A stretch of DNA of 64,000 nt from Eledone cirrhosa (taxonomy: Eukaryota): NCBI GenBank assembly GCA_964016885.1, contig OZ024744.1:80910001-80974000 (forward strand), in the 5' to 3' direction. Of the stretch, positions 1 through 11,587 are shown in pieces. A model generated the notes under the pieces. That model was not told the DNA's origin. It was given only the letters and a program-made list of their open reading frames with translations, and ran no database searches. Each line of letters begins with the position of its first letter. Positions within the stretch are counted from its first letter, which is position 1. A program made the translations under genes and the position numbers.

Positions 1-508
1 GATAGCAATGGAATAATACTCCAGATTATTTAAAATGCCCTCCAAGCCACTTCTGACATTTGCTGCCAGCTCTTCAATTCACCTTGCTACTGTTCTTGCC
101 GATAAGCTGATTGCAGAAAATAATTCCCTATTTTCTGGACAAACAATATCTGCTACCTTCAACAATAATTCTTTGAAGAAATCTCCATCAGTAAAAGGTT
201 TCATCCTTTCTGCAATTAGTTTTGACACCTCATAGCTAGCACGAGTGTTTCGGTCACTTTCTTCAACTTTTCTAGTGAAAAAGGATGATTGTTTTGTTAC
301 ATTATTTCTCAGCCGTGCAACTTCGCTTACTCGTGCTTTTCCAGTAAAACTGTTGTAATGATTATGACGAGTTTCATAATGCCGTTTAATATTTGAAACT
401 TTCTTCACGGCAATGGTTTCCGAAGTGCTCAATGAAAAAATAGTTAAGTGTCCAGCCATCGTTAAAAGTTTGGCACTCCAAATCCACTTTTCTTTTCTTA
501 GCTTCCAT
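1..508 (-). pseudogene. GTF2IRD2/Buster-type hAT transposase N-terminal fragment, frameshifted with a stop
   Basis: ATG at 508 reads MEAKKRKVDLECQTFNDGW. ORF 79..459 contains NIKRHYETRH...ASYEVSKLIAERMKPFTDGDFFKE...ISLSARTVAR, typical of this transposase family. Confidence 0.8.
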
Positions 509-622
509 GGGCTTGTTTTTGTTCAAACAAAAAAGATTTATGGAAAGGAAAAAGAACAAAAAGTATAATAATCAGAATGAAGAAATAAGAAACAATGAAA
601 ACAAATGTAAATGCAAAAACAG

Positions 623-812
623 TAATTGTTTCTACTTTAGGCACCAGGCCAGCAAATACCCAGTGCATTACTGGTACTTTATTTTATCGACCCCGTAAGG
701 ATGAAAGGCAAAGTCAACCTCGGCGGGATTTGAACTCAGATCGTAAAGGGACGTAACTATGCTGGAAAGCATGGCGTCCGACCCTCTACCGATACTGCCA
801 ATCCACCGCCCA
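623..812 (-). mobile_element. tRNA-derived SINE (Meta/MESC-like core)
   Basis: Near-identical to the reverse complement of 5101-5290 and 54885-55066; A box, B box and core present. Confidence 0.85.
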
Positions 813-1591
813 ATAGTAAATGCAAAAACAGTAATGCGATAAAATATGATAATTGTGAATAAATTATATAAAACCAGGTTTCTAACAACATTGTTAGATC
901 AGGGTAGCCATTTGTTTTTTTAAACCACTTTTGACCTAATTCTAATAATAATAATTCACACAATTTATCACAAATAATTAAATAAACGTTATTATCGAAT
1001 AAAGATACCTACTGTATAGTTATTATACTACCAGACAACAAACTCAAATGAAAATACTCTGGGGAGGAGGGAACAAAGTAATTTTTCCAAGGACAGCTTT
1101 ACCTTGTACGGGGGGCACAGGTAAGGTCAGGCAAACGAAGATGACAATAATTCACAAGTGATTTTATTGAATGACAATATGGGTATAAAAGTGAGTCATG
1201 CGAACCGTAAGGTAGTATACCTCCCAGTCGCTGACGAAAAGGCATATTTCCAGCCAACATTTGTGTTTGTTGACTGGAACAAAAACACATACAGGAAATC
1301 ACAGGAAATAATAATACAGGTGATATAATGCTTGGCGGAAAGCCCAGAAAAAGATGGATAAGAGGAAATAATAATAAATGGAAAATATAATAAGGTTTAA
1401 AGGTATCTGTAAATATATATGGTATGAGCAGCGATTTGTGATGGGCATCAGGTCGGCACAACCTTGAAGTGAACTACTGTATCTGTATTCAATACTAATT
1501 AGATAATTAGTGTCCAGTGTAAGATGGCGGGCTGGACAAAAATCCCTCGAGGGCCGGATGTGGCCTGCGGGCTGGGGATTGCCGACCCCTG

Positions 1592-2200
1592 CCCTAGAGG
1601 ATGGTGAGGAAGATGCACTGGAAGAGCCATTCCAACTTATGAGGCTCACACCTGTGGGAAGCCAACTCCATGCTATTCCAAATACCAACTTAATAATTCT
1701 TACTTTCTAACATTGACACAAGGCTAGTAATTTGAGGGAATGAGAAAGTCATTTATATCAGCATTAGTAGTTGACTGGTGCTTTATTTTATAATAATGAA
1801 AGGGATGGTAAATGTTAATAATGTTTGGAGTTTCCGGTGAAATAATAGAGAACAATATAATATTTATATATGTATGAATCACTACCTCCCTATGGACAAC
1901 TGACGCTGCACACACGGAAGAGGCGAATTCCAACTGTCATCGCCTCCATCTCTCTCACCCTCCCCATCTGTCTCTATTATGAGCAAAAGAGGTCCCACGT
2001 GCTGGCTGCCCCATGGCCCCGGCAGACAGAATGGAGAAGGCGTTTTTCCGGAGGATTGTAAGAGAGATGCACTGGATGAGCTATTCCATCTCATGAGCTT
2101 CACACCTGCAGTGAGTCAGCTCAGTACTTATGGTGGTAAGTAGGGAGGTAGCCCTAGGGCCAAGGACACCAGAAGTCTCCACTGCTAGAGAAATTAATCT
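1592..2200 (+). repeat. Unclassified degenerate dispersed repeat (two pieces, ~1592-1690 and ~1885-2200)
   Basis: Shares GAGGAT..GATGCACTGGA.GAG..ATTCC and AGAAGT.TCCAC motifs with 47930-48470, 53945-54200(-) and 63670-63910. Confidence 0.55.
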
Positions 2201-2549
2201 CAGTGAGATTTTAACTCAGAACATTAAAATAACAAGACAAAAACTGAACAATATTTTATGCAAAAAACACTTAAATGAAACACCAACTTCAAAATTGTTT
2301 CTACTTTTGGCACAAGGCCAGAAATTTAAAGGGAAAGGGAAAGGGAAAAACGATTATATCAACCACACTTCCTTTTATCAACCCTGTGAGAAGGAACGGC
2401 AAAGCTAACCTTGACAGGATTTAAACTCATCACCAACTTAATAATGAGAAAGATAGTTATATTACCAAATTCCTCCAAATTCTTGATATTTCCAGAATCA
2501 ATTTTAAATCACAAGCATTGTATTTTATAAGAAATGTCTTTTTAAAAGG

Positions 2550-5100
2550 GGAAGGCTTAAGAGAATGTAAAAGCCTCGCAAACCTGTTCAGACGTTTTCA
2601 ACTATCTGACAGGTACCAGTTGTATTTCCCAAATGTGCCAATGTGGACTTGGACAAACCACATCGGGTCATCCAGATCATATCTAGATAGGGTATTTTGT
2701 AGGGAAATAGATAGATCTATCATAGGTTGTCCACAATTCAAGATAGTCGACTACATGGACCACAAATTCGTGATCTGTGTGGTTGACTTAGATAGGTTTC
2801 ATAGACAGGGACCCGGCTACTGGAAATCTTACAGAGACTGGATTCGCGAATTAGTTAAGCGGCCGTTGACGGGGGCCATCATCAACAACAAAGGGTGGTT
2901 TGCCCTGAAAAGAGCGATTAGAATAGAGTCCATTAGGTTTAGTAAGGCATTAGTAACAGAGAAAAATAGAGCAGAGGGAGATCTAGTTTGCAAATTAGAC
3001 GAGGCGCTTAGTAAAGGCATCGCGACCGACGTGCTTGCAACGAAATTGGCTCTCGACCAATTTTTCAACGAAAAGCATGAAGGCTGCATTGTCAGAGCTA
3101 GGGTGCATGCTCTCAGACATGAGAGGATGAAAGCCGTTCAATGGGCCTGGGTGGCGGAGACACGTCGTGGCAACAAAGCCACGATCCGGTGTTTGGCGGA
3201 CCACAACGGGCGCATGACACTCGATCCCGGGCAGATGTGTGAGGCTTTTCAGCAGCACTTTGCTCAGCTGTTTGGGGGCAGTGGCGGGCCGCATTGCGGG
3301 ATGGACTTTAGTGCCTACCTCGACGGACTGCCGCAGCTCTCAGCCACTGAGGCGGAGTGTTGCGAAAGGCCGATAACAGCTGCTGAAGTACGGGAGGCAA
3401 TGACTAGCTGTACAATGGGAAAATCGCCTGGTTTGGATAGGGTCGACCATCGTTATCTAGAGGCATTCCTGATGAAGGCTGGCTTTGGGCCCATCTTCAG
3501 AGGCTGGAGCGCTGCCATGCACAGCGACATCTGCTCTCTGGTGAGAGGGGTTCCGCATATGCAGACGACATCACCGCATATGCAAACACATTGAGGCGAT
3601 CGGCACCACACTAAGAGAATAAGAGGCGGTGACAGGAGCAATGATCAACCAGGAAAAGTCGGTGGGCCTGCAACTTGGCACCTGGAGAGGCAGGTCCATG
3701 CCATCCAACAGCGTCATCGGGTGCTGGACGGACGGACCGGTTAAATTGCTAGGGGTCTGGTTTGGTCCGGACCTCCAGACGGACAAAAACTGGGACGAGG
3801 TGATGAGCAGGGTGGCCTCTCTCACCCAGAAATGGGCCTAGAGGAAGCTATCGAGTGGAGGTGGCGAATGCATAGATTCTGTCCGTCATCTACTACAGCC
3901 TGACCATCGTGCCTTGTCCTAAGCTTCGTCTGACTGCGCTGGAGCATTTGCTCTTTCGCTTATTGTGGAAGGGACGGGCTCCGATGGTCAGCTGGTCCAT
4001 CTGCTGTCAACACCCGCTATGTGGAGGGCTGGGCATCTCCACCTCTTCCTCGACGGTGATCAGGTGTGGTTGCCATTTGCTAGATGTGTGTTTCCCCAGC
4101 TCGTCTCCTTGACGGAGCTGCAGTCCTGGGTCAAGCACTTGGAGACTGGAATGTCTTCAGGCGCTAGCAGCCCTCGACCAGTCGGGCAATGTGATTGGTG
4201 AAAACTCCACCTTGGCGTTCTATAGAGGATTAGTGGAGGGGAAGAGCGACGACGTCCATGAGGAGACTCTGGGCGTCGACAAAAATCAACTAGCCAATCT
4301 CTTCAGGAGAACTTTCCATGGACAACTTCCAGAAATCCCTGACCTGGCAGTGCTACCGAGGATCTTTGCCAGTTTGGGATAAACTCTACAGGCATGGAAG
4401 TGCATCAGCCGGGCCTGTCTGAGATGCGCGCAGGGTGACGAAACCGTCCTGGATGCACTCATCCAGTATCCGATCATTGCTAACTTATGGGTTTATGTCG
4501 AACACCTGTTGTCACATGTAGAATGGATCTGGCTATCAGCTGAGTCCATCGTGAGGATTGTCCCACCGCCTTCCTTTAGCCGGGAAAGGCAGGCAGTTTT
4601 TATCTGCCTGGTGGCCATGATAAAAGAGATTGTATGGTCGACACATCTGAAAGGGTTGAAGACGGGTACTTTCCTCTTCAGTGATGCCCTCATTAAGTTT
4701 TTCAAGTTTCACCTGAAAAGGAAAATCAGGGTGGAGAGGGAAGTGCTGCCTTCCAGCCAGTTTGTTGAAAGGTGAGTGAGAGAGGTAAGAATGGCCTGTG
4801 TGAATGGGCCTAACCTGAGCGTGTCCCTGTAGCATCGTAGGAGGAAAACTGGAAGAGGGTATTTGCCCTGGTGGTCAGGGTAACCGTGGCTTTTTTGTGG
4901 GCTTTCTTCACAAGCGACCCCCAGAAGTCTCTCCCCTATTGGGGAATTTTTCATTATTTCTATTTTTGTTACATCCTCTGTTTTTGTTTTTTTTACACGC
5001 AGAAACGCCTATTTGTACCATCCTGTATTGTTCTGTACTGTCCTTAATGTTATACTTTGTGTCAACCCTTGTGGTTAATAAAGAAAGCATTATTATTATT
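2550..5100 (+). mobile_element. Tx1-clade LINE copy A: 5'-truncated, internally deleted, degenerate, ends in (TTA)n
   Basis: ORF 2518..3594 and downstream pieces align to ORF2 of copies B-D. A deletion joins GKSPGLD directly to RVDHRY. Same 3' UTR end CCTTGTGGTTAATAAAGAAA. Confidence 0.9.
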
Positions 5101-5308
5101 AGTGGATTGGCAGTATCAGTAGAGGGTCGGACGCCATGCTGTCCAACATAGTTACGTCCCTTTACGATCTGAGTTCAAATCCCGCCGAGGTTGACTTTGC
5201 CTTTCATCCTTACGGGGTCGATAAAATAAAGTACCAGTAATGCACTGGGTAATTACTGGCCTTGTGCCTAAAGTAGAAACAATTATTATTATTATTATTA
5301 TTATTATT
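5101..5308 (+). mobile_element. tRNA-derived SINE with (TTA)n tail, between Tx1 copies A and B
   Basis: A box TGGCAGTATCAGTAGAG, B box GAGTTCAAATCCC, core GCCTTTCATCCTTACGGGGTCGATAAAATAAAGTACCAG, tail AGAAACAATTATTATT. Confidence 0.9.
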
Positions 5309-5522
5309 GAATGCCATGGTTGACGGAGGCTCGGCTCTGTAAGGTATAGTAATTTTTAACCGTTAAAACAATTGTAAATTGTTTAAAACTTGAACCAAAT
5401 TGTTGATAAAGACACCCTCCTCCTCGTGAGAGGGGTCTTTCTGTCCGTTATTTGGCCCTTCGGGGTTAAATAACCAGTTATTGGGGTTTTGTACCCAATA
5501 TTCATTTTAAACAAAAAACAAC

Positions 5523-7620
5523 ATGGCTACGAAAAAGAAATTTCATACGTCACTCCCACTCATTCCGTCTTCTTCTTCCTCAATCATCACTACAGCAGAG
5601 AGAAGATTGTCTCTCTCCCTCCCTTCTTTAAATGTGTCTCTCTCCCTCCCTTCTCTTTCGCAAGTGACGAAAGAAAAGAAAAGTCTCGTGCAAAGCGTGC
5701 AAGGTTTCTCCACGACGATGACGACAGCGACGAAACAGGTGTGCGGGAAATACGAAAACCCAGTTCATTCGTCTGACGTCAGGAATAATAGCAGTAGCAG
5801 CCGTAATAACAACAGCAACAGTGACAATGAAAACAACAGTAGCAGCCGCAACAGCATCACCAGCAGCATAAACAACAACAGCATTAGCAGCAGCAACACC
5901 AACAACAACCACAGCAACAGCGGCGGAGGCAGTAGTCGTAGTACCTGCAGCAACAACAAAAGTACCAGCAGCTCTGACGACAACAACAGCAGCAGAGAAA
6001 AACCAATCTCATTTGCAGGTATTGCGAAAAACTTGGAAACAATCCTCATAACAAATGAGGAATTAGAGGAAGCGAAGAAGATGGTTACAAAGAACGGACA
6101 CCGAGCAATCTGCAAGGCAGCGGAAAAATTTTTCGAAACCCAAGAGCACTGTACGGTCACGTACCGTACAGTAAGTACAAAATCCCGTAGGGTGGAAAGA
6201 GCCACAGAGGCCCAAATACAAAAAGCCTTGGGGTCTGTGTGGCAGCAGAAAACGCACATCACCCGAGGCAAAAAATATGCCACCGTAGACGTACTTTTTG
6301 CCACACCCCAGGAGGCAAAGGCCCAATCAGTAGTGACCCTAAGGAGCGAGGAAATGGTGTTGGTGCCCTCCTACTGCGGGCAAAAAATTGTGAGGGTCAA
6401 ACTGACCCACGTCCCCCCCCGGAATGACCCCTTCTTGGCTGGCCGCGTCTGTCCTCGTCGGAATCGAGGACAAAACAACTGTACTGCAAGTACAGAAAAA
6501 AGTAAGAGAAGATTGGGTCGGCTCCTCCATTGAGATGCTAATCCAAACCAACCAGGAGTGCATCGAAGCTATCCCGGATGTGATAGACTTCGATAACGGC
6601 ACTCAACTGCCCATAAGTGTTGAGGGCAAACGCCCGAAATGCTTTCACTGTGGATCGAAGACTCACCTCAGGGCCTTCTGCAACGAGAAGACCCTGAGAA
6701 AGGAGAAAACCCCCCTCCTTCCGAATCCGGCTCCACAGCTACCAGCAACAGGACAAGCGGCAACCAGGAACGATAGGTCCGTGGCACCCATACCCACTCC
6801 ACGGAAATCAAAAACAGCAGCAGCAGTGGAAATATTAACAACAACAACAGCAATACCAAATGCAGCTGCAACAGAGACTCCAGTGCAAACATCACCAACA
6901 ACAACAAGTGAAAGAGTGGAGCTGGTACCTCTCCCCGACCTCACAGAATCAGACATGGAGTGTGAGGTGGGAGAGGGATGGCAAAAGGTCGCAAGAAGGC
7001 ACAAACGCAGAAGCAGCGCATCGTCGCCTTTGAAAAGGGAGGAAAGAAATGAGAAAAGGGTAAAGTCTACTGCAAAGAGACCCACAGCAGCAACACCACC
7101 AACACCATAACCACCCACACCAGCACCACCATCACCACCGGCGACAACCCCACCGCCAACAACACCTTCAACACCACCACCACAAGCACCAACATCGCAA
7201 ACACAACAACAAAACACACACACCCAGCAACAACGACAAGAAAATAGCAGAACCACACCCCACCCCCAGAAAAACAAATGCACGGCAATAAATACACACA
7301 ACAAGAAACTAATGACTTACATAATTGAACACACAGACATTTCACAACACGACTACATAATACCAGCACCAATCAAAACGCCAACTAACATAAGACTGCT
7401 AAAAATAGCACAGAAACAATACACAAACATTAAAACGAAATTCCCCAACGCAGTTGGTGATTTCAGGGACCTAGGAGGAACCATCAATCGAAGAGTATAT
7501 TCAGACATTCTCTTAGAAGAGCCGACGACCAGCCGAAGGGACGATTCAACGGTCCCTTCACCAGACGATCAAGTGAAAAGGGATGTAAAAACCATCCCTC
7601 CTCTACCAAAAGTACGGTAA
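5523..7620 (+). pseudogene. Tx1 ORF1 (RRM-like region plus CCHC zinc knuckle), split into ORF1a 5523..6533 and ORF1b 6424..7620; ORF1b has a premature TAA at 7108-7110
   Basis: PSYCGQKIVRVKLTHVPP / SWL...IPDVIDF...VEGKRPKCFHCGSKTHLRAFC. ORFs 6424..7110 and 7312..7620 are in the same frame. Confidence 0.85.
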
Positions 7621-7655
7621 GTGGTCTTTCCCATCTTTTCCACTCTATTTTAAAC

Positions 7656-10600
7656 ATGACCTCACTCAGAATAGGCAGCATAAATGCGCGTGGCTTGGGG
7701 TCGTCATGGAAGCAGGGTCACCTGCTCAACGACCTCAGGTCACTAAACATAGATGTAGTGGCCATCAGCGAGACCAGAATCTCCGAAGCACGGGCCTTCA
7801 CACCGATCTTCGGCGGCTACGATGTGTACGCATCTCCCAGCCGTCCTGGATCGGGTGGAGGAGTTGCTGTGCTTTTTCGGAGAGGTTTGGATCTCGCCAT
7901 ATGGGCCATCTTCCTGGACCCAGAGGGTAAGCTGGTGGTGCTGGACGTGACCAGCGGAGACGGGCAAGCTTTCAGGCTAGTGGCCGTCTATGCCCCGACA
8001 GGAGCAGGGCGGCCTGATTTCTTCCGGCGTCTGGAGACCTTTCTTGGAACGTCCCGCTCTTTAGTGTTAGTGGGCGACTGGAACGGGATCTTAGATGCAC
8101 GCTGGGACTGTGTGGGATTAGCGGATAGGGGTGGAGGGTGCAAGAGCCTCACCAACCTGCTCAGGCGTTTTGAACTGTCTGACAGGTACCGATTGGATTT
8201 CCCGAATGTGCCAATGTGGACTTGGACAAACCGCATAGGGTCATCCAGATCATATCTAGATAGAGTATTTTGTAGGGAAATAGATAGGTCTAGCATAGGC
8301 TATCCACAATTCAAGATAGTCAGCTACACGGACCACAAATTCGTGACCTGTGTGCTTGACTTAGATAGGCTTCATAGACGAGGACCCGGCTACTGGAAGC
8401 TAAACGCGTCCTTACCAGCGCGCAAGGCCTACAGAGACCGGATTAGCGAACTAGTTAAGCGGGCGTTGACGGGGGCCATCGTCAACAACAAGTGGTGGTT
8501 TGCTCTGAAAAGAGCGATTAGAATAGAATCGATTAGGTTTAGTAAGGCTTTAGCAATAGAGAAAAATAGAGCAGAGGGAGAACTAGTTAGAAAATTAGAC
8601 GAGGCGCTTAGCAAAGGCATTGCGACCGACGTGCTTGCGGCGAAATTGGCCCTTGACCAATTCTTCAATGCAAAGCACGAAGGCTGCGTTGTCAGAGCTA
8701 GGGTGCGTGCTCTCAGACACGAGGGGACGAAAGCCGTTCAATGGGCCCGAGTGGCGGAGGCGCGTCGTGACAACAAAGCCACGATCCGGTCTTTGGTGGA
8801 CCACGACGGGCGCATGCTACTCGATCCCGGGCAAATGTGTGAAGCTTTTCAGCGACACTTCGCTCAACTGTTCGGGGGCAGCGGGGGGCCGGGTAGAGGG
8901 ATGGACTTTAGTGTCTACCTCGACGGACTGCCAGGGCTCTCGGCCACTGAGGCGAAGTGTTGCGAAAAGCCGATAACAGCCGCTGAAGTAAGGGAAGCAA
9001 TGACTGGCTGCACAAGGGGTAAATCGCCTGGTTTGGATGGTCTGCCCTATGAACTTTACGTACAGATGCCAGACTTGTTCGGAGGCCTCTTGGCGGACGT
9101 CTACTGCAACTGCCAACAGAACGGGAGAATTCCCAGTTCTGTGAGCCGAGGAGCAGTGGCACTGCTGAGAAAGGATCCGAACAAGGGGAATAACATAGAC
9201 AATTTCCGGCCCATAACTCTGCTAAACACAGAGTTCAAGATTTTGGCCAAGGTGCTAGCAAAGAGGTTGGCGCTTGTCGTTGGTGGTCTGGTGGGAGAGG
9301 CGCAGACATGCGCTATTCCCGACAGATCCATCCACGACAACCTCCACCTCATGCGATACATCATAGAGAGAGTAGCTAAGGAACCTGGCACGGGTGGGTC
9401 CTTGATCAATTTAGATCAGTCGAAAGCTTTCGATAGGGTCGACCATCGTTACCTAGCGGCAGTCCTGAGGGCGGCTGGCTTTGGGCCCGTCTTCAGAGGC
9501 TGGATCGCTGCCATGCACAGCAACATCTGCTCTGTGGTGAGAGTGAACGGTCACCTGTCGGAACCGTTCAACATCATGCGCTCGGTCCGCCAAGGATGTC
9601 CCCTCTCGTCCCTCTTGTACGTATTGACTCTCGAGCCATTACTGCACAAACTGGAGACGTTGAGGGGAGTCCCGCGCGAACTAGGATGCGGAAGATCCGT
9701 GTCAGCATATGCGGACGATGTCACCGTAGTGGTGTCGAACGCCAAACACATCGAGGCGATCGGCACTACACTAAGAGAATACGAAGCGGTGACAGGAGCA
9801 ATGATCAACCAGGAAAAGTCGGTGAGCCTGCAGCTCGGCACCTGGAGAGGCAGGTCCATGCCGTCCAACAGCGTCGTCGGGCGCTGGACGGACGGACCGG
9901 TTAAATTGCTAGGGGTCTAGTTCGGTCCGGACCTCCAGACGGACAAAAACTGGGACGAGGTGACGAGCAGGTTGGCTTCTCTCACCCAGAAATGGGCCGA
10001 GAGGAAGCTATCCCTGAAAGGTCGAGCGGAGGTGGCTAACGCGTACATCGCGTCTGTCATCTGCTACCGCCTAACCGTCGTACCTTGTCCTAAGCCTCGC
10101 CTGACTGCGCTGGAGCGTTTGCTCTTTCGCTTTTTGTGGAAGGGACGTGCTCCGATGGTCAGGCGGTCCATCTGTTGTCAACACCCGCTACGTGGAGGGC
10201 TGGGCATGCCGTGGCTGATGATGCGCAGGCACGCGCTCAGGCTACGACATCTCCACCTCTTCCTCGACGGTGATCAGGTGTGGTCGCCGTTTGCTAGACG
10301 CGTTTTTCCCCAGCTCGTTTCCTTGACGGAGCTGCAGTCCTGGGTCAAGCGAAGACCGAGAGGGAGCGCCTGGAGACTGGAATGTCTTCAGGCGCTCACA
10401 GCCCTCGACCAATCGGGCAATGTGATCGGTGGAAACTCCACCTCGGCGTTCTATAGAGGATTAGTGGAGGGGAAGAGCGACGACGTACTTGGGGAAACTC
10501 TAGGCGTCGACGAAAATCAACTAGCCAATCTCTTCGGAAGAACTTTCGGGCCGGGGCCTATGGACAACTTCCAGAAATCTCTGGCCTGGCAGTGCTACCG

Positions 10601-11075
10601 AGGAGCCTTGCCAGTTCGGGATAAACTCTACAGGCATGGAGGTGCCGTCAGCCGGGCATGTCCGAGATGCGCGCAGGGCGACGAAACCATCCTGCACGCA
10701 CTCGTCCAGTGTCCGAAAATTGCTGACTTGTGGGTTTATGTCGAACACCTGCTGTCGCGTTTAGGACGGATCCGGCTATCATCTGAGTCCATCGTGAGGA
10801 TTGCCCCGCCCTCCTCCTTTAGCTGGGAAGGGCAGGCAGTTTTTATCTGCCTGGTGGCCATGGTGAAAGAGATAGTATGGTGGACACGTTTGAAAGGGCT
10901 GAAGACGAGCACTTACCTCTTCGGTGATGCTCTGATTGACTTTTTCAAATTTCATTTGAAAAGGAAAATCAGGGTAGAGAGGGAAGTGCTCTCTTCCCAG
11001 CATTTTGTAGAAAGATGGGTGAGAGAAGCAAGAATGGCCCGAGTGAATGGGCCTACTCTGAGTATATATCTGTAA
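7656..11075 (+). pseudogene. Tx1 ORF2 (APE endonuclease, reverse transcriptase, C-terminal zinc finger) with a single TGG>TAG nonsense at 9918-9920
   Basis: SINARGL, ISET, GDWN, YLDR, TDH; KSPGLDG, FRPITLLN, DQSKAFD, VRQGCPLS, YADD; CPRC...H...C. ORFs 7656..9920 and 9960..11075 are in the same frame. Confidence 0.93.
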
Positions 11076-11323
11076 ATTAAAGGTGGAAAACTGGGAGAGG
11101 GCACTTGCCTTGGTGGTCAGGGTCATTGTGGCTTTTTACTGGGCTTTCTCCACAAATGTCCCTCCGAAGTCTGCCCCCTATTGGGGAATTTTTCATTGTT
11201 ATTTTTTGTTACATCCTCTGTTTTTGTTTTTTACACGCAGAAATGCCCATTTGTACCGTCCTGCATTGTCCTGCACTGTCCTTAATGTCTACTTTATGTA
11301 AACCCTTGTGGTTAATAAAGAAA

Positions 11324-11361
<38 letters not shown>

Positions 11362-11587
11362 TTTATTATTGAATGCTATGGTTGACGGAGGCTCGGCTCT
11401 GTAAGGTACTGTAAATTTTGAACACTATAACAATTGTAAATTGTTTAAAACTTAGACCAACTTGTAGACAAAAACACCCTCCTCCTCGTGAGAGGGGTCT
11501 TTCTGCCCGTTATTTGGCCCTTCGGGGTTAAATAACTGCTTATTGGGGTTTTGTACCCAATATTTATTTTTAACAAAAAAAAACAAC

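Larger units (their letters stand above)
1..1591 (-). mobile_element. hAT (Charlie/Buster, GTF2IRD2-like) DNA transposon, 5' portion, degenerate; continues beyond the window start
   Basis: Minus-strand terminus CAGGGGTCGGCAATCCCCAGCCCGCAGGCC at 1591 resembles Charlie TIRs. The flanking 8-mer cccTAgag fits the Buster NNNTANNN target. Transposase remnant at 1-508. Confidence 0.75.
5309..11325 (+). mobile_element. Tx1-clade LINE copy B, full length (~6.0 kb), flanked by (TTA)n on both sides
   Basis: 5' end GAATGCCATGGTTGACGG shared by all full copies. ORF1 with a zinc knuckle, ORF2 APE-RT-zinc finger, and a 3' UTR. Confidence 0.95.

Noticed and set aside
5101-5190. tRNA gene
   Set aside because: The A and B boxes belong to a multicopy SINE head; no complete cloverleaf.
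5335-5360. AAG|GTA followed by AATTTTT, reminiscent of a spliced-leader RNA donor and Sm site
   Set aside because: The Sm consensus fits only copy C, the spacing is too short, and AT-rich chance is likely.
5414-5475. TCCTCGT, like the L3 loop of HDV-type ribozymes
   Set aside because: Could not build P1, P1.1 and P2 in the required order; the segment folds better as a simple hairpin.
5765-7372. Antisense ORFs conserved across Tx1 copies (e.g. 5765..6304, 6663..7304)
   Set aside because: Expected shadows of A/C-rich low-complexity ORF1 in near-identical copies; no independent evidence.
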